From Candidatus Aenigmatarchaeota archaeon (GTDB taxonomy: Archaea; Aenigmatarchaeota; Aenigmatarchaeia; CG10238-14; SCSR01): a DNA stretch of 49,132 bases. Location of the stretch: positions 1 to 49,132 of the forward strand of contig JACOWB010000011.1 of assembly GCA_016177025.1 (NCBI GenBank), written 5' to 3'. Positions 1 through 8,092 of the stretch are shown here, one piece after another. Under the pieces are notes generated by a model, which did no database searches, had not been told where the DNA came from, and saw only the letters and a program-made list of their open reading frames with translations. The stretch's first letter is position 1; the number at the start of each line of letters is the position of its first letter. The position numbers were made by a program, and so were the translations under genes.

Positions 1-7
1 TAAGCAA

Positions 8-376
8 GTGATTATAGCAGCAGTTGTGATTGTTGTAATCATTTTTGCCACATTCATACTATCTCAATTAGGTACTGAGGCAGGATTCACTGTATCTTCT
101 CTTCTTAACGAGAAACCTCTACCTCTGAATGAAATTGTTATAGTAAGCGGATTAGTAGTGGATGCTCCAGAAGACTATACAGCAAAGACATCTGGTAATC
201 TATACCAACAATTTTATATAACAGATGAGACTAAGCAAATTAAAGTTTTTTGTTCCAAAGATACAGAACTAGAAATATCAAAAAACGACAAGATTGAAGT
301 AACCGGAAAGTTTACAATATTTAGTAACGAATATCAGATAACCGATTTATTGTGTTCAAAGATAGAAAAGAAATAG
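8..376 (+). CDS. Membrane-anchored OB-fold nucleic-acid-binding protein
   Basis: N-terminal hydrophobic helix, then OB-fold-like pattern (V.VSGLV...FYITDET.QIKVF...DKIEVTGK..IF.NEYQI). Start may lie at the window edge. Confidence 0.55.
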   Translation: MIIAAVVIVVIIFATFILSQLGTEAGFTVSSLLNEKPLPLNEIVIVSGLVVDAPEDYTAKTSGNLYQQFYITDETKQIKVFCSKDTELEISKNDKIEVTGKFTIFSNEYQITDLLCSKIEKK

Positions 377-503
377 AGATTTTAAAAACTTAAATGCCGA
401 CAATACCACATATATAGCAAGGATAATAGGGCATTATATTAAAACGGTCTATCTCCCGACGGGAGCATACGACCTTAAATTCTCAAATAGTATTTTGTTT
501 AAG

Positions 504-1427
504 ATGCAGTCCGTAAATTTCACCCTGCTTGGTGACGAATCGATAGCAAATAATCTGGGTAAGAAAGGCACTTCAACGGACATAACAATCTATGACAGGA
601 AAGACTCCGACACAATCAGGACATTCACCTGCCCTACAAGCTTCCCGGAAAAAATCCAATCCATCTTCCAAGCGATAAACATGGGAGAATATGTCATAAT
701 GCACGTGACCAAGGTTGACAAATTTCTAGGCGAGCAGATACTTGCCCTGGACATATTGAAAAAGACACGAGGATTGCTGTGCCATTCCTATGATGTCGAT
801 AGAAACAAGCTTCTTGAAATGGTAAAGGGAACTGTTGTTGAAAAATACAAAATCGTAGATATTTCAGATTTGAAAAAGGAGGTCGATGCTGTCCAACCTA
901 TGTCCAATGAAGGCGATGCAAAAATTGCGATAGACCATTGCTTCGATGTCAAGGGTGCGGGCACTGTAATTCTGGGCAGGGTGATCCAAGGAAAAATAAA
1001 ACAATATGACAACCTTAAACTACTGCTGGATGGAACTGATGTCATGTTAAAGTCAATACAGATGCACGATGAAAATATTGCAGAAGCAGTATATCCTGCA
1101 CGCGTGGGGCTTTCTGTAAAAGGTGTGACGTCGTTTGACGTGGAAAGAGGGGATGTTCTTTGCGCTAAAGATGCGATGAAAGTTTTACAGGAGATTACAT
1201 TGGATTATTCCCAGAACAAGTATTTCAAAGAGGATATTCGCGAGAACCAGTCGTTTTTAATCAGCATAGGCCTCCAGACAAGAGGCGCAAAAGTACTGTC
1301 ATTAAACCCCATGAAACTGTCACTTGTCAAACCAGTTGCGTTCGATGAGGATGATATCTGTGTTGTTCTCAAGCCAGAGTCACAGACTATGCGCATAGTC
1401 GGTAGCGGGAGGATTGTCGATGCTTAA
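504..1427 (+). CDS. Archaeal SelB-like elongation-factor homolog with degenerate G domain
   Basis: EF-Tu/SelB domain II signature (IDHCFDVKGAGTVILGRV, KSIQMHD, RVGLSVKG, VERGDVL); no GxxxxGKT P-loop. ATG at 504. Confidence 0.75.
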   Translation: MQSVNFTLLGDESIANNLGKKGTSTDITIYDRKDSDTIRTFTCPTSFPEKIQSIFQAINMGEYVIMHVTKVDKFLGEQILALDILKKTRGLLCHSYDVDRNKLLEMVKGTVVEKYKIVDISDLKKEVDAVQPMSNEGDAKIAIDHCFDVKGAGTVILGRVIQGKIKQYDNLKLLLDGTDVMLKSIQMHDENIAEAVYPARVGLSVKGVTSFDVERGDVLCAKDAMKVLQEITLDYSQNKYFKEDIRENQSFLISIGLQTRGAKVLSLNPMKLSLVKPVAFDEDDICVVLKPESQTMRIVGSGRIVDA

Positions 1428-1470
1428 TTTATTTATATAACCAATATCTATTATACGGAGGTTGGAAAAA

Positions 1471-1530
1471 ATGTGCACGTCATGCGCTGCTCATTCAGGC
1501 AAGAGTTCCAAAGGCAAGAAAAAGATGTGA
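1471..1530 (+). CDS. Putative 19-aa CxxCxxH / Lys-rich peptide (MCTSCAAHSGKSSKGKKKM)
   Basis: GGAGGT Shine-Dalgarno just upstream of ATG; T-rich tract after the stop. Not in the ORF track. Confidence 0.45.
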   Translation: MCTSCAAHSGKSSKGKKKM

Positions 1531-1592
1531 TTTTTAATATTTTCTTTCCTTTTTATTAAAACTTATCTATTCTGGTTCTAATCTATATTCAC

Positions 1593-1691
1593 GCAGGGGT
1601 CGGATAGCCCGGTCAATTCCGCCAGCTTGAGGACAACAGTCAAAATGTTGGTTGCTTAGTGCATACGCGAGTTCAAATCTCGCCCCCTGCA
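1593..1691 (+). tRNA. tRNA-Leu(GAG) with 13-nt intron at 37/38 (1633-1645)
   Basis: Acceptor GCAGGGG/CCCCTGC, long variable arm, T-loop TTCAAAT; BHB central helix TTGA/TCAA with 3-nt bulges. Confidence 0.92.
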
Positions 1692-2140
1692 CTCAGGTAA
1701 AATGATTCTATTTCAGCTATTCTTTCCGGACTGAAAGGATATACCCGATGAATTTCCACCAGCCCGGTGCGCGGATCCAAGCTTAATGAGGTAACTGCAT
1801 TCGGTGGTGAGAATTCTTTCCTGATTCTTGCAGGTTCAATTCCGTTTCTAATAAGGGAGTCTCTTATATGATATGTTGCTAGAAATCGGCAGTTTTCGGA
1901 TTTCCTGTTGATGTCCTCATTGCCGTCTAGAGGAAACGAAACGCCTGTTACAACTACTATACTATCTTGCTTCACTTCCAGTGGCACTCGAGAAAGAATA
2001 TAGTCTAACATAGACACGTAAGGTGCTTTTATGTGTGCAGTGCCTCCGACTCTGAGACTAGGGCAATACATACCTAAGGCAAGACAAGCTATAATATCCG
2101 TTTCTTTGTAACTAGCACGAGTTTCTAACCGACCAATCAT
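1673..2140 (-). CDS. Hypothetical protein (AT-rich ORFan); 3' end runs into tRNA-Leu
   Basis: Open frame with likely start ATG 2140; the longer track start overlaps the opposite-strand gene. No recognised motif. Confidence 0.5.
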   Translation of the reverse strand: MIGRLETRASYKETDIIACLALGMYCPSLRVGGTAHIKAPYVSMLDYILSRVPLEVKQDSIVVVTGVSFPLDGNEDINRKSENCRFLATYHIRDSLIRNGIEPARIRKEFSPPNAVTSLSLDPRTGLVEIHRVYPFSPERIAEIESFYLSAGGEI

Positions 2141-2194
2141 TTTGATTAACAATATGTATATCAGCTTTTTATATTCAACAGGCAAATGATAATT

Positions 2195-2452
2195 ATGGAA
2201 GAAAAGAAGCTCATCGGAAAGGTGACCCATTACTATAACAAAATTGGCGTCGCCATAGTTGAACTGGAAGATGAGTTGGAATATGGGGATGAAATTTCTA
2301 TAGAAGGCACAATCACCAACATACAGGAAACTGTTGACAGCATGCAAGTGGAGCATGAACCTGTCAAAAGCGCACACAAGGGAGCCGCAATTGGATTGAA
2401 GGTAAAGGATACTGTGAGACCTGGCGATGTTGTATACAAGATAGTCGAATAG
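2195..2452 (+). CDS. Small translation-elongation-factor-like beta-barrel protein
   Basis: KLIGKVTHYYNKIGVAIVEL...SMQVEHEPV..A.KG..IGLKV...VRPGDVVY, an EF-Tu domain II / U32 C-terminal-like barrel. Confidence 0.75.
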   Translation: MEEKKLIGKVTHYYNKIGVAIVELEDELEYGDEISIEGTITNIQETVDSMQVEHEPVKSAHKGAAIGLKVKDTVRPGDVVYKIVE

Positions 2453-2560
2453 ACCAAGTGTTCTTTAAATTTTATTACCAATTTCTATGCGTATCGCAAC
2501 AGAGTATTAAGATAATTGAAAAATATAAAACTTGGAAAACATTAGGTTATTTACCAAAGT

Positions 2561-2649
2561 GCCCCAGTAGCTCAGTCAGTAGAGCGTTTACATTATATGG
2601 CGCAAGCATGGTAAGCAAAAGGTCTCGAGTGCAATTCTCGACTGGGGCT
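2561..2649 (+). tRNA. tRNA-Thr(GGT) with 16-nt non-canonical intron at 29/30 (2590-2605)
   Basis: Acceptor GCCCCAG/CTGGGGC; removing the intron restores stem TTTGC/GCAAA around ATGGTAA; BHB helix GCGT/GCGC, inner CAT/ATG helix. Confidence 0.88.
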
Positions 2650-2969
2650 CAAACTTCAACAATAACTTCATCGTTTTCTACTCTGATTTTGAATGTTTGT
2701 TCATCAGGTATATTTGTTCCAGTAGCAGGATTGTCAACTTTCTTTCCCGTCTTCACATTAAACCGCGCCAAGTGGCAGCCGCAAGTAACAACCTCCCCCT
2801 GCAGAAATCCGTCAGCCAGCGAGCATTCCTCATGCGTGCATACATCGTCAATTGAATAAATCTCGCCGTTGATATTGGCAACCAACAAATCCTTACCTTT
2901 GACAGAAATCCTTTTCATCTTCCCTTCCGGGAAATCGGATGAGACACCTATTTTCACAAGTTCGGACAT
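2649..2969 (-). CDS. Rieske [2Fe-2S] ferredoxin
   Basis: CTH...CGCH ligand motifs, ARFNVKTGK. Confidence 0.9.
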   Translation of the reverse strand: MSELVKIGVSSDFPEGKMKRISVKGKDLLVANINGEIYSIDDVCTHEECSLADGFLQGEVVTCGCHLARFNVKTGKKVDNPATGTNIPDEQTFKIRVENDEVIVEV

Positions 2970-2970
2970 T

Positions 2971-3483
2971 TTACTCAACAACGATTCTCATGGGAGTGGA
3001 TAATTTCAATGACGCCTTCTTCAAAGCTTGTTTGCCGATGACGAGATTATTTTTATTCACCTGCAGCGTGAGAAGTGTCTGTTCTCTTTGTATTTGTACG
3101 GCTTTGCCTGCAGGCTTGCCGAATGCAAGCTTCATTCCCCTTGAATACCTGTCAGCGCCTGCACCTTGAGCAATAGGCTTCTCCCTGATTATTTGGTGCG
3201 GATACAGAAGGAATTTCAGAAAATATCCTTTCGGTGCCTTTTTTTCCAGAAAATTGGTGGCCACAATCCTCGCAGCTTCCATGGCATTGTCCCTTATCTG
3301 CGCAGGCTCTCTCGCAACAAGCTTTAGTTTAGTGTCAAAAGTGCCGTTTACTTCACCTACCATGAACTGGTGGAGCTTTCCAGGTGGCATTGTCGGGATA
3401 TAGCTCTTTGTCTTCTTCACAGAACATCTAGTCGACGGCCTTTCTATAGATCTGAACGACCTTCCGGGTCTTAATGTCGCCAT
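2971..3483 (-). CDS. rpl10e: 50S ribosomal protein L10e (uL16)
   Basis: IRDNAMEAAR, YPHQIIRE, AGADRYSRGMKLAFGKP motifs. Confidence 0.97.
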   Translation of the reverse strand: MATLRPGRSFRSIERPSTRCSVKKTKSYIPTMPPGKLHQFMVGEVNGTFDTKLKLVAREPAQIRDNAMEAARIVATNFLEKKAPKGYFLKFLLYPHQIIREKPIAQGAGADRYSRGMKLAFGKPAGKAVQIQREQTLLTLQVNKNNLVIGKQALKKASLKLSTPMRIVVE

Positions 3484-3535
3484 GAAATCACTTTTGTTGT
3501 AATCTTTAAATAGATTATTCCATTTAACTTAATTA

Positions 3536-3745
3536 ATGACCACATCTGAACAGCAAATAGATTACATACGTGGTTTATACGAACCCCATCATCCTGGGAA
3601 ATATCTAAAAGGTATCATAGCATCATCGCTTCCACTCTTGACCGTACCCGACGACGTTAGCCAGCGTGTTAGAGAGTTAACGCGTAGCAAAAGTCCACAA
3701 GTAAGAAGATTAGCTTACGAAGCGTCAAAGGCAATAGGTTTGTGA
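3536..3745 (+). CDS. Hypothetical protein (AT-rich ORFan)
   Basis: 69-aa ORF about 24 bp after a TTTAAA box; no recognised motif. Confidence 0.5.
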   Translation: MTTSEQQIDYIRGLYEPHHPGKYLKGIIASSLPLLTVPDDVSQRVRELTRSKSPQVRRLAYEASKAIGL

Positions 3746-3790
3746 AACAAGATTATTTATCTTTTTAAATTGGAGAATAGTATTGATTTC

Positions 3791-4267
3791 ATGGCGAGAC
3801 CAACTTGGGACGAGTATTTCTTGGAAGTTATGAAAAGCGTTGCCGCACGTGCCACCTGCGACAGGGGCAAAAGCGGTAGCGTGGTTGTAAAAGACAAGAG
3901 AATTCTGACCACTGGATATGTCGGCGCACCCATAGGTCTGGCTCATTGTGACGATGCCGGCCATATGATGAAGAAGGTAACGCACGAGGACGGTACGGAG
4001 TCCATGCACTGCGTGCGAACTGTCCATGCAGAGCTTAATGCCATACTTCAGGCCGCTAAATTCGGCATCTCCCTGGAGGGTTCGACCATATACTCCAAGA
4101 TGGAGCCTTGCTCAACATGCGCCATGGCTATTATCAATTCTGGAATCAAGCGTGTCGTTTGCGAGATGCAATACCATGCGGCAAAGGACACACGGGAATT
4201 ATTCAAACAAGCCGGCGTGGAGCTAGTCGTATCTAACAATAAAGTAGAAGAATACGAAAAGCAATAA
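3791..4267 (+). CDS. dCMP deaminase (ComEB family)
   Basis: RPTWDEYF, ATCDRG, TGYVGAP, HAELNAI and PCSTC Zn motifs. Confidence 0.93.
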   Translation: MARPTWDEYFLEVMKSVAARATCDRGKSGSVVVKDKRILTTGYVGAPIGLAHCDDAGHMMKKVTHEDGTESMHCVRTVHAELNAILQAAKFGISLEGSTIYSKMEPCSTCAMAIINSGIKRVVCEMQYHAAKDTRELFKQAGVELVVSNNKVEEYEKQ

Positions 4268-4269
4268 GG

Positions 4270-4839
4270 ATGAAGATGAAAGTAATCGGTCTGACTGGCA
4301 CCATCGGTTCCGGGAAGGAGATTGTGCGCGAGATTTTTGAGAAGAACGCAAATTCCTATTCTGTTGTGTTGTCAAGCCTGCTGAAGGAGGATGCTCTAAA
4401 AAAGCAAGGGATAAAGATTACCCGCGAAATAAGGCAAAATCTGGGAAATGAATTAAGAAAACAATACGGAACTAATGTACTTGTAAAAATCGCTGTTAGC
4501 TTCATGCAAAAGAATAAAGATTTCCTGATTATCGAAGGTATCAGGAGTCCAGGCGAGGCGGACTTTTTGCGTGAAAAGTTTGGTGACGATTTCAAACTGA
4601 TTTCTGTAGATGCGTCCCAGCAGACAAGATTCGAGAGAATTAGCCATCGAGGCAGGGAAGGCGATCCAAAAACTTGGGAAGAGTTTGTCAAATTAGACGA
4701 AAGGGACCAAGGCAAAGACGAGCCTGAATACGGGCAGCAGGTCAGGAAATGCATTGAAATGGCCGATATAGCTCTGCAGAATGACGGCAGCTTGGAAGAA
4801 TTGCAGAAAAAAGTCGAGGATGTCATAAAGCAATTTTAA
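4270..4839 (+). CDS. P-loop nucleotide kinase (dephospho-CoA-kinase-like / dNMP kinase-like)
   Basis: IGLTGTIGSGKE Walker A; IEGIRSPGE; RFERISHRGREGD. Confidence 0.8.
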   Translation: MKMKVIGLTGTIGSGKEIVREIFEKNANSYSVVLSSLLKEDALKKQGIKITREIRQNLGNELRKQYGTNVLVKIAVSFMQKNKDFLIIEGIRSPGEADFLREKFGDDFKLISVDASQQTRFERISHRGREGDPKTWEEFVKLDERDQGKDEPEYGQQVRKCIEMADIALQNDGSLEELQKKVEDVIKQF

Positions 4840-4872
4840 TCTTTATCTGTCCTTTATTTAAGTAGTGAGTCT

Positions 4873-6216
4873 ATGGACTGGACTAAAATTCTAAAAGAAG
4901 TCGACCCAGAAACTTATGAGACAGTTCAAAATGAACTTGACAGGCAGAGAAACGGATTGGAAATGATTCCTTCCGAGAATTTCACAAGTCCTGCTGTTCT
5001 GCAAGCAATGGGTTCTATTCTCACAAATAAATATTCCGAAGGATATCCCGGTAAAAGATATTATGGTGGCAATCAGTTCATTGATGTTGTAGAAAAGCTT
5101 GCGATAGAAAGAGCGAAAAAACTTTTCGGAGTCCCTCATGCAAATGTCCAGCCCTATTCCGGCTCACCAGCTAACCTCGCTGTTCACGTTGCTGTCTGCC
5201 AACCGGGGGATGTTACGATGGGACTGGAGTTAACCCACGGCGGGCATCTGACTCACGGATGGAAGACTAGTGCCACAGGACAACTCTGGAAAAGCGTGCA
5301 ATATCACGTGAAGCCAGACGGTTACATAGATTTCGACGAAGTTAGAAAATTAGCGCAAGAAAATAAACCGAAACTCATCTGGGTTGGATTTACGGCATAT
5401 CCTCGCGAATTTCCATTCGAAGAATTTTCAAAAATTGCCGATGAAGTTGGAGCGTATCTTGCTGCTGACATATCACATATATCCGGATTGGTTATATCCG
5501 GTGCGCACAAAAGTCCTGTTCCTTATGTTCACATAGTCACTACAACGACACACAAAACCTTGCGCGGTCCTAGAGGAGCGATTATAATGGTAACGCAGAA
5601 AGGTCTGGATAAGGATCCTGAGTTGGCTGATAAAGTTGACAAAGCCGTGTTTCCCGGATTGCAAGGCGGTCCGCATGACCATACTACTGCCGGCATAGCC
5701 GTTGCTTTGTTGGAAGCATCAAAGCCAGAGTTCAAAGAATACGGGCAGCAGATTGTTAGAAATGCTAAATCTCTGGCTGAAGAATTGATGAATAATGGGT
5801 TGAAACTTGTTACGAACGGAACAGACACACACTTGATGTTGATAGATCTGACGCCTTTCGGCAAAGGCAATGGCGTGTTCATACAGGATGCTTTAGAGAC
5901 AGCAGGAATTACTTTGAATAAAAACACCATTCCAAATGACCCCTCATCGCCGTTTTATCCAAGCGGAGTCAGATTAGGCACGCCAGCTCTGACAACAAGA
6001 GGAATGAAGGAGAACGAGATGAAAATTATAGGAAAGTTAATATCGCAAGTTGTGCATACCGCAAAGGATTATCATTTACCTGAGAACAAGGATGAACGTG
6101 CGGAATACCTGAAAAAGTTCAGGGAAGAAATCAAAAATAACGGAACTGTAAAGTCGGTCAGGGAAAAGGTATTTGAACTTTGCAAACAATTTCCTTTATA
6201 TCCAGGGTTGCAATGA
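4873..6216 (+). CDS. glyA: Serine hydroxymethyltransferase
   Basis: EMIPSENF, YSEGYPGKRYYGG, HGGHLTHG, TTTTHKTLRGPRG (PLP lysine). Confidence 0.98.
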   Translation: MDWTKILKEVDPETYETVQNELDRQRNGLEMIPSENFTSPAVLQAMGSILTNKYSEGYPGKRYYGGNQFIDVVEKLAIERAKKLFGVPHANVQPYSGSPANLAVHVAVCQPGDVTMGLELTHGGHLTHGWKTSATGQLWKSVQYHVKPDGYIDFDEVRKLAQENKPKLIWVGFTAYPREFPFEEFSKIADEVGAYLAADISHISGLVISGAHKSPVPYVHIVTTTTHKTLRGPRGAIIMVTQKGLDKDPELADKVDKAVFPGLQGGPHDHTTAGIAVALLEASKPEFKEYGQQIVRNAKSLAEELMNNGLKLVTNGTDTHLMLIDLTPFGKGNGVFIQDALETAGITLNKNTIPNDPSSPFYPSGVRLGTPALTTRGMKENEMKIIGKLISQVVHTAKDYHLPENKDERAEYLKKFREEIKNNGTVKSVREKVFELCKQFPLYPGLQ

Positions 6217-6335
6217 GCTTTAAATCGGGAGACGTGTACCCTTCAAGAAAGACGCATCTTTGTTGCCATATGGAGACTTTTAAGAAGAGCTTGGTCAATT
6301 TTGATATATATTGCATGTGTTTCTGCCACGTATAG
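6213..6335 (+). CDS. 40-aa Cys/His-rich microprotein, copy A (MSFKSGDVYPSRKTHLCCHMETFKKSLVNFDIYCMCFCHV)
   Basis: ATGA overlap with the glyA stop; gap-free alignment to the paralog at 25257-25379. Not in the ORF track. Confidence 0.8.
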   Translation: MSFKSGDVYPSRKTHLCCHMETFKKSLVNFDIYCMCFCHV

Positions 6336-6367
6336 CATTTAAAACGTTAACTGTGGTATTCTAGCAT

Positions 6368-6808
6368 ATGCCATTAAGCCTGACAACCGAGTTCCTTATG
6401 TTTTCATTTGTTTTTATCGCGGGAAATTACATATTGGATCTGTTCTCGAAAAAATTCCTGCATATAGACGGGACCGACTTTTTATTTTTTGCGCCGTGGC
6501 TTGCCGCGATCAAGTTTGGTGTTTATGAAGGTGTTGTCTTAGCTGCGGTTATTTTAGTTTTGCATGCTTTCATGCACATGCGGATAGCTCGTTTTATTAT
6601 ATTGTCCTTTCCCACGCAGATACTGGCTGTTTTTATGGGATATCTATTTGGTATAGAAGGATTCTGGGTCACTTTGGTGGTTTATTATTTTGCTTCTAGT
6701 GTTGTTACAGGATTGCTTGGTGGAATAGGTGGAATGTATTTCATGTTCCTTTTAACCAACTCAATTACGAATATTGCCGCGTTTTTTGTTTACAAATTTC
6801 TGTTATAA
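6368..6808 (+). CDS. Hypothetical multi-pass membrane protein
   Basis: 146 aa, almost entirely hydrophobic segments. Confidence 0.7.
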   Translation: MPLSLTTEFLMFSFVFIAGNYILDLFSKKFLHIDGTDFLFFAPWLAAIKFGVYEGVVLAAVILVLHAFMHMRIARFIILSFPTQILAVFMGYLFGIEGFWVTLVVYYFASSVVTGLLGGIGGMYFMFLLTNSITNIAAFFVYKFLL

Positions 6809-6813
6809 ACCAA

Positions 6814-7644
6814 TTATAATGTCTTGACTTGTTCTGGTTTCTTGGTAATCTCAAAGACATTAAACATTTTCGAACTTTTGTCAGCCGCGAGGTCCATTTG
6901 TTTGTCGCTTCCTGCAATAAAACACCAAAGGTCGAAAAAAGTCGGAATGAATACTCCATAAACATGCGAACTCTTGAAAACGTTCTTGAAGACCTTTCTC
7001 ATATGTTTTACAGCTTCAGGATAAGTGTAGTATCCGGAGATTTGATAAACTAGCACGCCATTTTTCCTAAGAAGTTTCTTTACACTCTTGATAAATCCAA
7101 TCTGGTAAAGCCTGTTAACCTGTCGACTACTTTCTTTAATTTCAAAATCCGTCAAATCAACAAAAATCACGTCGAACCTCTCATCGTTATTTAAAACAAA
7201 ATGAAATGCATCTTGGTTAATTATCTTAACTTTTGGATTCGAAAATACTTTTCTGAAATTTTTAAAATATTTTTTTGCGACTTCTGTAACCCTTTCGTCT
7301 ATGTCCACAATTTTAATTTCCTTTATAGAGTGTTTCAGAGCTTCTCTCGCCACGCCTCCGTCCCCCCCGCCCAATATCAAAATCTTTTCCACAACTTTAT
7401 TCTTCAAAACAGGTTCTACAAATGAGGAATGGTATAATTCCTCATCCGTTTCAAAGAATTGAGACTCCCCATTTAATATTAATCCTTTCCCTAACCCGTA
7501 GAATTCTGCAACCTGTATTTTCTGGAATTTACTATTGCCGTCGAAGAGGATTTTTTTGATTCCGAAAGCTGGGTGCATATTTTTATCAAAAAAAACCAGA
7601 CTATCTTTAAACTTGGATATTTTCTTTTCAATCATGCAGTTCAT
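6814..7644 (-). CDS. speE: Polyamine aminopropyltransferase (spermidine synthase family), divergent
   Basis: SKFQKIQV, LILGGGDGGVARE, VDIDERV, DAFHF, DVIFVDLTD; ATGA overlap with speD. Confidence 0.85.
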   Translation of the reverse strand: MNCMIEKKISKFKDSLVFFDKNMHPAFGIKKILFDGNSKFQKIQVAEFYGLGKGLILNGESQFFETDEELYHSSFVEPVLKNKVVEKILILGGGDGGVAREALKHSIKEIKIVDIDERVTEVAKKYFKNFRKVFSNPKVKIINQDAFHFVLNNDERFDVIFVDLTDFEIKESSRQVNRLYQIGFIKSVKKLLRKNGVLVYQISGYYTYPEAVKHMRKVFKNVFKSSHVYGVFIPTFFDLWCFIAGSDKQMDLAADKSSKMFNVFEITKKPEQVKTL

Positions 7645-8000
7645 CCTGTCAAAGTGTATTTTCTCTCAAAAGAAGTCTTCTTGACATGTTTCGGTTTGAA
7701 TTTTTCCAATAGAAATTTCATCGCTTTCTCGGCTTTTTTCTTTCCATCACATGAAAAAACGTCTATCGCAGCATAGTTGAATTCGGGCCATGTGTGCAAT
7801 GCAACATGAGAAGTTTTTAACAAGGCATAGCCTGTAATGCCATGCGGATTAAACTTATGGAGTCGTATTCCTATCAACTCCAAACCAGATGCCTTTACAG
7901 CTTCCTTGACAGTCGTCTTAACGAATCGAATATCATCTAACAATTTCTTGCTGCAGCCATACAAATCTGCGCATATGTGATAACCCCTTTTGCCTTTCAT
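7641..8000 (-). CDS. speD: Pyruvoyl-dependent S-adenosylmethionine decarboxylase family proenzyme
   Basis: GYHICADLYGC, HKFNPHGITG, SHVALHTWPE, IDVFSC. Confidence 0.88.
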   Translation of the reverse strand: MKGKRGYHICADLYGCSKKLLDDIRFVKTTVKEAVKASGLELIGIRLHKFNPHGITGYALLKTSHVALHTWPEFNYAAIDVFSCDGKKKAEKAMKFLLEKFKPKHVKKTSFERKYTLTG

Positions 8001-8092
8001 TTTCCGAAATAATTTATACCTTCTATTTTTCTATGGTTTTATGACATTAAAACCTTTCTAGAATTGTGCATCTAAGATAAATTTCTGGTATT

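Noticed and set aside
453-465. Hairpin CTCCC-GAC-GGGAG upstream of the SelB-like gene as a SECIS or riboswitch
   Set aside because: Only a 5-bp stem with no supporting motifs; compatible with chance.
504-1427. Selenocysteine incorporation system
   Set aside because: The protein lacks a GTP-binding P-loop and fits the known archaeal SelB-like family; no tRNA-Sec, selD or in-frame TGA selenoprotein was seen.
1699-2143. AAAATGATT / AATCATTTT as terminal inverted repeats of a MITE or IS
   Set aside because: AT-rich 9-mers that both lie within or at coding sequence; no transposase or matching duplication.
2141-2377. N-terminal extension of ORF 1673..2377 and similar long leaders (9855, 16838, 18884, 22732 ORFs)
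   Set aside because: They overlap opposite-strand genes, tRNAs or promoters and use weak start codons; downstream ATGs fit TATA spacing or family N-termini.
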